NCBI RefSeq assembly: GCF_000008625.1
Contig: NC_001880.1
Coordinates: 1 to 32,000, forward strand
DNA: 32,000 nucleotides
Source of the DNA: Aquifex aeolicus VF5
GTDB taxonomy: Bacteria; Aquificota; Aquificia; Aquificales; Aquificaceae
Direction: 5' to 3'
Shown here: piece by piece, positions 26,185 through 32,000 of the stretch
How the letters are laid out: each line of letters opens with the position of its first letter
Numbering within the stretch: position 1 is the stretch's first letter
The notes under the pieces: generated by a model
Databases searched by the model: none
What the model was told of the DNA's origin: nothing
Seen by the model: the letters and a program-made list of their open reading frames with translations, nothing else
Made by a program: the position numbers and the translations under genes

Positions 26185-26334
26185 TATACCTCCCAAACTA
26201 CTTAAAATTTCGCATCAGATAGTGCCTATTTCAAGCTAAGTCCTATCTTTTACTAAACTTACTTTTCTAACTTATATAAGTTATATTACTTATAAAACTA
26301 AACTTTATTTAAAGAATAAAATTCATTAGCACCC

Positions 26335-27954
26335 TTATACGACTTCTACCAGTAAAGGAAAAGGTACGCCGGTTCCGCTCACAATACCTTTACCGGTAGG
26401 TAGTTTCGGAAGAATGTTCGCTATATCACTTCCAGCAAATTCTACAAAAGTGGAAACTGTATCAATGTCAGATGCATTTATAGTTCTAAACATAACCTGA
26501 GTGTTTAATTGAGAAAGGATATATTTGCTAACCTGTGCTGGTCTTTGCGTTATTACCATAAGTCCTAAATTGAATTTCCTTCCCTCGGATGCTATCTTTC
26601 TGGCAAAAGTGAGAGAAAGGTTTTCTTTTCCTGCGGAGACATCCCCGAATCCCTTTTCTGGAGCAAAATTGTGCGCCTCTTCCAGAACTAAAAATCTTTT
26701 GGAAGGTTGTTTCTTATTCCTTGTAAAAAGCTCTTCCATTATCAGTCCTGCTATGTTTATTCTCGTTTGTGGATGCGTAATATTCCGGAAGTTAAAAATA
26801 ATTACTCTCTTTTCACTTTCTAGTCCAGAATTTATTGCATCAAATACAGTTGTTTGGTTAGATAAACTATTTTCACCGTAAGTTTCTTTAAGGTAAGTGG
26901 TTATTTCTTGTATTTCCTTAGAACCCGCATTTAAACTTTCTATCAAATTAACAAGTGTTTTCTTAGATAAAGAAGTAAGTCTAAGAGAGGGTTTTATGTT
27001 CTGTGAAAGTTTTGATCTATTTTCCCTGGCCTGGTGTGAATTACCGCTTACCAGTGAAGGGTATCCTGCTTCTTTTATAAGTTCTTCCACTTCCTCTGGA
27101 AACACAGGGAAAATTGTATCTTCAAGTTCGATATGTTCTATCTAGTTTTCATCTATATAACTCTTTAAATCGTTGAAGTATTCTCCGTGAGGATCAAGTA
27201 CATAAACTTCAACTTCTTTATCGGATTCAAGTAAACTGGAAATAAACCTTTTTGTAAAATAGCTTTTTCCTGAACCGGTAGTACCTAGTACGAGCATGTG
27301 TTTACTTATCACCTCGTTTGCATCTACAAACACATCTATGTCAGAATTCTCAATCACGCCAACTTTTACAGGAACTTCCATATCTCTCCCGGAAAAATTC
27401 TTCTTGAGTATTTTCCCCAGTGTTTTTTCTGATATTTTATAAACAGGTTCTCCTACATGGAAGGGATTTCTTAATATATCTAATTTTCCATCCTTTAGTA
27501 TACCTATTACGTCCGCGGTTGCTATTTTCAGTTTATTTCCATTATTGTTGAGGTAAGCGTAAATAGCCGCCTTTTTCCATTCGTCATCTTTTCCTTTAGA
27601 AAAAATGGTTTTAAAGTCCTCTACGGGAGCAAAAACACTGGATTCCTGTGAAGTGAAGGGATTCGCAAAAAATCCCATATCGTAAGCAAAAATACTTGTT
27701 ATCTTTCCGAGCACAATACCTTCCTGTAATTTCACTTCAACGTAAGAATGTAAACCTATATCATCATTGCCTACCAGAATAAACTCAAAGGATTGAGGTT
27801 TTACAGGATTTACAGTAAATCCTAAAAGATCATCTCCAAAACTTTCGGAATACTCTTCCTTAATTTTTTCAAAGTATTCACGTAGTTTTTTAATATGTTC
27901 ATCACTGCCGTCCGATTCGTAATAAACTCCCGCTTCTATATTGCCCGTTGACAT
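26335..27954 (-). pseudogene. herA: HerA/FtsK-superfamily (DUF87) ATPase interrupted by one in-frame TAG (27144-27142)
   Basis: Walker A LGTTGSGKS, VLDPHGEY, Walker B FLVLEEAHNF and ITQRPAQVSKYILSQLNTQVMFR. ORFs 27142-27954 and 26335-27105 share one frame. Confidence 0.8.
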
Positions 27955-27955
27955 A

Positions 27956-28291
27956 TCAGATAATCCTGCATCCGGTAAAGTTCGCCGAACCTACGACTGC
28001 CCTTTTATTATCAACGATTATGAATTTTGCATGTAGCCTGTTACACAGGTAAATTTTTCCATTTATATCTTTAATATTTCTAAATACTCTGTCATTAGTT
28101 ATGAGAAAATCCCTAAGTTCTGATGCTCTCAATATTATTTCAGGAGAAATATTTTTACTCTTTGCTATATTCAGGATTTCTTCAAATATACTCCCTTTTA
28201 TCCATGCGGATGCGATTTTTATGCTTTCCTTAGCTTCTTTTGTTATTTCTAAGATTTTCTTATATATTTCCTAGCTCGTCAGGATTTCCAT
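27956..28291 (-). pseudogene. small Nuc-like PLD/HKD nuclease with in-frame TAG at codon 7 (28273-28271)
   Basis: SD GGAGGG then ATG at 28291. The motif LHAKFIIVDNKRAVVGSANFT is present. Its stop lies 1 nt before the herA ATG. No alternative start after the TAG. Confidence 0.65.
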
Positions 28292-28404
28292 ATATTCTCC
28301 CTCCACTTCGGCTAATATAATATTTAATCTTATTCAGCATTGTATCAACAGGCTATCAATGAAGTAATAAAATCTAAAGGAAATTTTCAGAGAACAAGCA
28401 AAAT

Positions 28405-28995
28405 TTATATCTTAAAAAGATAATAGTAATAAGTGAGTTGAAAGTTCTGCACTCCATGCCTACTTCTGTAAAGTAATCCATGACAAAGGATACTTAAACT
28501 GTTATTTTTGTCATTTTCCATAAATTTGCTGAGTCGTTTAATTGTCTGAGTGTATGCTGATCTTGAAATGTATAAATTAATTGATAATAAAAATTTGTTT
28601 TGGACTTCGTCAAGTTCTCTTAGTTTGCATACATCTTCCCTCAACCACGAAAAATTATTATCAATAATAGTTTTCACTTCCATAACTTCAATCACAGTTC
28701 CATCGTCTTTTTTTACAAGTGAAAAATCCGGTTGCTTGTTTGATTCTAATTTTGTTTTTGTCAGAGTTTCAGCTATACCGAGTTCTAAATTATTTGGTAA
28801 ATTTCTTATATTTCTTATAAATTTTTCTGCCAAATACGTTACCATCGCCTGTTCAAATCCGTAATCGTTCTTACGAAAATGTTTCCGATTTTCTTTCATT
28901 TTGTACAGATTTATTTGTGCAACTTCATCCAATATATGCTTAAAATAGTCAGGCAGATTTTCAAGCGCTTCACAAGTCCAACTATCAAAATACAT
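28405..28995 (-). CDS. hypothetical protein, possible PD-(D/E)xK nuclease fold
   Basis: 196 aa. QPDFSLVKKDDGTVIEVMEVKT fits PD...ExK. Motif-level guess only. Confidence 0.5.
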   Translation of the reverse strand: MYFDSWTCEALENLPDYFKHILDEVAQINLYKMKENRKHFRKNDYGFEQAMVTYLAEKFIRNIRNLPNNLELGIAETLTKTKLESNKQPDFSLVKKDDGTVIEVMEVKTIIDNNFSWLREDVCKLRELDEVQNKFLLSINLYISRSAYTQTIKRLSKFMENDKNNSLSILCHGLLYRSRHGVQNFQLTYYYYLFKI

Positions 28996-29078
28996 AATTC
29001 ATATAAAGATTATACGTATGAGCATCAAAAAAATATCGCTTTCAAAAAGCTGAAGCTGCGAAGGATAGAAACTAAACG

Positions 29079-29318
29079 TTAGATAACATAGTTCTGTAAA
29101 GTATTTTTCAATATCGTAAGAACTTTTTTCTCTTCCTTTGAAAGCCCTTCTAAAAATTTTTTGCCTTCGAGGAATTCCTTTATAGGAAGAAAGTAAGTTC
29201 CATCTCTTCTTTCAATTCTAATTGCTCTAACAGGTTGATCTACGATAGAAATAATTGAATTTTTTAGCTTAATCTCCTTAAAAAGAAAAGGAGTTATGCA
29301 TTTTCTACTTGACCTCAT
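29079..29318 (-). CDS. hypothetical protein
   Basis: 79 aa, 11 nt downstream of the module 3 HTH gene. Confidence 0.5.
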   Translation of the reverse strand: MRSSRKCITPFLFKEIKLKNSIISIVDQPVRAIRIERRDGTYFLPIKEFLEGKKFLEGLSKEEKKVLTILKNTLQNYVI

Positions 29319-29329
29319 AGCTATTAAGT

Positions 29330-29548
29330 TTAGACGGAGAGCTCCTGAACAAGAAAATCTACCACTTCCGGTTTGAAGTAGTAGTAATTAACAAGTCCTC
29401 TTCTCTTTATCCTTACCAATTCACCGGGAATGAAGCCTCTCTTTACATAACGGATTAAAGTTCTATCGCTTATCTCTATACCTCTTTCTTTAAGTTCTCT
29501 TAGAACCTGCGTACTCGTAAGATATCCCTGAATTCTTATTGCCGGCAT
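29330..29548 (-). CDS. small MerR/excisionase-like HTH protein (module 3)
   Basis: 72 aa, paralog of 3448-3669 and 8069-8290 (YYYFKPEVVDFLVQELS). Confidence 0.65.
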   Translation of the reverse strand: MPAIRIQGYLTSTQVLRELKERGIEISDRTLIRYVKRGFIPGELVRIKRRGLVNYYYFKPEVVDFLVQELSV

Positions 29549-29605
29549 TTACATTAAGATAATAAGCTCTAAAGCCTTCCTTTTCAAGGAAAAAATAGAA
29601 TTAGA

Positions 29606-29949
29606 GTTCTCCTATATATAGGAGAACTACTTTGAGCTCGCTAAAAATCAAGTCTCAGACACACCACTTGAACTCCGGAAGTTCTCCTAGCTATAGGAGA
29701 ACCGCTACTTAACTTATTGATTTTCAAGCACTTTCTGTTTAGTTCTCCTAGAAACATTTATATCTTTTTCCATATACAAAAGCTTTTTGTTATTGGAGAA
29801 GTAATAAGTTATATAGGAGAACTCTCCTTTCAAGTTTTTGATTTTCAATATAGTTCTCCTATATATAGGAGAACTTTTGTGATTTTTTCTATTCTGTAAT
29901 GCCCGATTTTTAGTTTGGTCATAAGTGGTTCTCCTAGAACTAGGAGAAC
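29606..29949. repeat. palindrome (iteron-like) array, module 3
   Basis: GTTCTCCTATATATAGGAGAAC at 29606-29627 and 29853-29874. Variants at 29681-29702 and 29928-29949. Left half at 29742-29750 and right half at 29814-29822, separated by a 63-nt AT-rich spacer. Confidence 0.85.
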
Positions 29950-30008
29950 CGACAAAGCAAAAAAATAGATAAAATCGAGGAATGCGACACTAAAATAGTT
30001 TTTAGGAC

Positions 30009-30965
30009 ATGCTTGAAGTTGAAAAAAAGATAAAACAAAAGCTGGGGATAGATGAAACAGAGGTCCTGAGCTCCCTAACGAGCTACCGGAAAAAAGGCAA
30101 AACCTACTATAAAATTGTAACATACGATTCAAAAACGAAACAATCTAGGAGATACCATGTGCCCAGAATGTTCGAAGAGGAGATTTTAGCTCTCTGGAAG
30201 CAGCGGCAGAAGTACATTGAAGAAGAAAGGGAACTTGAAAGGGAAGTAAAAAGCCTCTTAAAAAAATACGGGGATGCAGAAAAGATAAAGGAAATTCTGG
30301 AAAAAGTAGCAGGAGAAAGTTTTGATAAAGCTGTTTCCTCTTACGCAATTAAGACTTACACGAATAAGGCAAAGGAACTCTTTAAGAGTTTTAAAGAAGA
30401 CCTTATAAAGCTTTACAGGGAGGGAGTTTTAAAAAGGCTTTCAGTTTTGCAGGTCCTTTACCTTCTTGCAAATTTGAAGGAGATTTCCGAAGATACGGAA
30501 AGAGGAAGTTACTTTTTCAAGAAAGGACTGAACACGATAATAAAAGTAGCAAAAAACGAACGTATCCCAAATCCTTTCGGAACACTTAAAAACGACTTTT
30601 TCCTTTCGGGAAAGCAGACCCCTTATGACTTTCTCCTTTCGAATTTTCTTGAAGAGCTTATAGGAGAAACTCTAGGAGAACTCCTTGAAAAGGAAATTGA
30701 GAAATTAGTAGCGGAAGAAAAAGCAAAAGAAATCGAGGGAAAAGTAAAGAAGTTAAAGGAAATTGTTTCATGGTTTGAAACCCTTCCCTACGAAATAAAA
30801 CAGATTGCAAAAGAAGTAATTTCTGACAATGTTCTGGATATTGCAGAAAAGTTCTACAAGGATATGAAAGAATGCAATTACTCTCTTGATGAAGCAAAAG
30901 CATTTTTAACAAGTTCTCCTAGAGATAACCTGGTGAATTACATGCAATACCTTAAGTCTATATGA
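30009..30965 (+). CDS. 318-aa conserved protein of module 3 (putative initiator-like)
   Basis: Closest paralog of 4111-5064, with long identical blocks such as KNERIPNPFGTLKNDFFLSG. Confidence 0.8.
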   Translation: MLEVEKKIKQKLGIDETEVLSSLTSYRKKGKTYYKIVTYDSKTKQSRRYHVPRMFEEEILALWKQRQKYIEEERELEREVKSLLKKYGDAEKIKEILEKVAGESFDKAVSSYAIKTYTNKAKELFKSFKEDLIKLYREGVLKRLSVLQVLYLLANLKEISEDTERGSYFFKKGLNTIIKVAKNERIPNPFGTLKNDFFLSGKQTPYDFLLSNFLEELIGETLGELLEKEIEKLVAEEKAKEIEGKVKKLKEIVSWFETLPYEIKQIAKEVISDNVLDIAEKFYKDMKECNYSLDEAKAFLTSSPRDNLVNYMQYLKSI

Positions 30966-30970
30966 AAGTC

Positions 30971-31174
30971 TTACGCATTCTCTGAGAGTATTTCCGTTAT
31001 AAGATCCTTCAACGTTTTCCCTTCCTTTAATGCCCTCATTTTAAGAGAAAACCACACATCATAAGGAAGCTCTATCAGAAGTTTCTTAACCTGTGGTTTT
31101 TCTTCCCCTTCTTTTATCTTTGCAGAAGCTATAAATTCCTCGGGTTTTTTTGAAGGTTTCTTCGGTATAGCCAT
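30971..31174 (-). CDS. RHH centromere-binding protein (ParG-like)
   Basis: 67 aa with a basic N-tail. The C-terminal KKLLIELPYDVWFSLKMRALKEGKTLKDLITEIL is RHH-like. Immediately downstream of parA. Confidence 0.6.
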   Translation of the reverse strand: MAIPKKPSKKPEEFIASAKIKEGEEKPQVKKLLIELPYDVWFSLKMRALKEGKTLKDLITEILSENA

Positions 31175-31204
31175 TATGTAACCTCCTTTATTTAAATTAC
31201 TAAG

Positions 31205-31846
31205 TTAAGCAATATTAATTATATTACTAATTTCATTTATTAAGCTTTCAAGCTCCTCTATTGCTTTTTTATCGTTCATTTCAAGCACTCCCTTTCCTTC
31301 TTTTACAGAGTTTCTGTAAACTACTCTTGAGTGCAATCTTGAATTTAATACTCCTACGGAGTACTGCTGTGCTAATTCTCTCAGGGTTTCCTCAGCTTCT
31401 TTCACGATGTTAGACTTTATTACTTGATTAAACAGTATATAAGCCGGGATATCTGCAAAGGTCCTTGCTTCTTGCAGAACCTTCAGGGTATCTTCTGTTG
31501 CCCATACATCGTAAACACTTGGGAGAACAGGTATTATCAAAGCTCCGTTTGATGCTGCAAGAATCGCGCTTCTGAAAACTGCACTATCTCTTCCCCCTAC
31601 GTCGATAACTACAACATCAAAATTTTCAAAACCCTTAATGTCTTTGTGAATTGTGGGCTTTGTAATACCTATTGCTTTAATGTCGTCTTTTTCCCTGAGT
31701 GCCCTGAAGTTCAAACTACTTTCCTGGATATCCGCATCAATAAGTAGAACACTTTTTCCTCTGAGAGAATATCCTACGGCTAAATTACACGCAACAGTAC
31801 TTTTCCCTACTCCTCCCTTCTGATTACCTACCACGATTACTTTCAT
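31205..31846 (-). CDS. parA: ParA/Soj-type partition ATPase
   Basis: Deviant Walker A GNQKGGVGKST, LLIDADIQ, VVIDVGG. 213 aa. Confidence 0.85.
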   Translation of the reverse strand: MKVIVVGNQKGGVGKSTVACNLAVGYSLRGKSVLLIDADIQESSLNFRALREKDDIKAIGITKPTIHKDIKGFENFDVVVIDVGGRDSAVFRSAILAASNGALIIPVLPSVYDVWATEDTLKVLQEARTFADIPAYILFNQVIKSNIVKEAEETLRELAQQYSVGVLNSRLHSRVVYRNSVKEGKGVLEMNDKKAIEELESLINEISNIINIA

Positions 31847-31929
31847 AATGTTATTTATTTTAGCAATATTTATTAGATAAGTTAGCTAACTAAAACTGAT
31901 TTCAATATTTGATTATATAGATATGCCGC

Positions 31930-31999
31930 TTTCTATCTTTGCTTATCTAACTTATGTTGTTTAACTAATAATGATAACTTTTATTACAAAGTTTACTAA
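31930..31999. repeat. parA-upstream segment, inverted partner of 16328-16397
   Basis: See 16328-16397. The match may continue past the window edge. Confidence 0.75.
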
Positions 32000-32000
32000 C

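Overview
This window looks like plasmid or accessory DNA from a hyperthermophile. It is AT-rich and the proteins are rich in K and E. My unverified impression is an Aquificae-type extrachromosomal element. The backbone genes are a ParA plus RHH partition pair (30971-31846), a tyrosine recombinase (5877-6824), a RepA/RecA-like P-loop ATPase (16475-17431) and a ScpA-like protein. There are at least six toxin-antitoxin-type loci. Mobile and repeat content includes an IS1341-type tnpB, a tnpB-less copy of its 3' structured end, IS6-family debris and a 4-repeat CRISPR-like array (437-663). Two things stand out. (1) Three paralogous modules each carry a small HTH gene, a six-site palindrome array with the same layout (2 full sites, left half, an AT-rich 59-64 bp spacer, right half, 2 full sites) and a 317-318 aa protein. 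The palindrome sequence changes along with the proteins, so these look like three diverged origin or iteron systems of an uncharacterised type. (2) A minus-strand island (23628-28995) holds a PD-(D/E)xK-like gene, a small HKD/PLD nuclease, a HerA/FtsK-type ATPase, a second PLD domain joined by frameshifts to a P-loop NTPase, and a decayed PolB-like exonuclease. This is a candidate new nuclease-HerA system. Other points: all four nonsense interruptions in the window are in-frame TAG codons (tnpB, MNT, PLD, HerA). Clusters of tiny membrane-protein genes occur four times. An 11-bp motif, TTGAAAATCAA, recurs in the arrays and at rearrangement junctions. Several internal duplications are present. 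All functional calls rest on motifs I recognised by eye; no database search was run.
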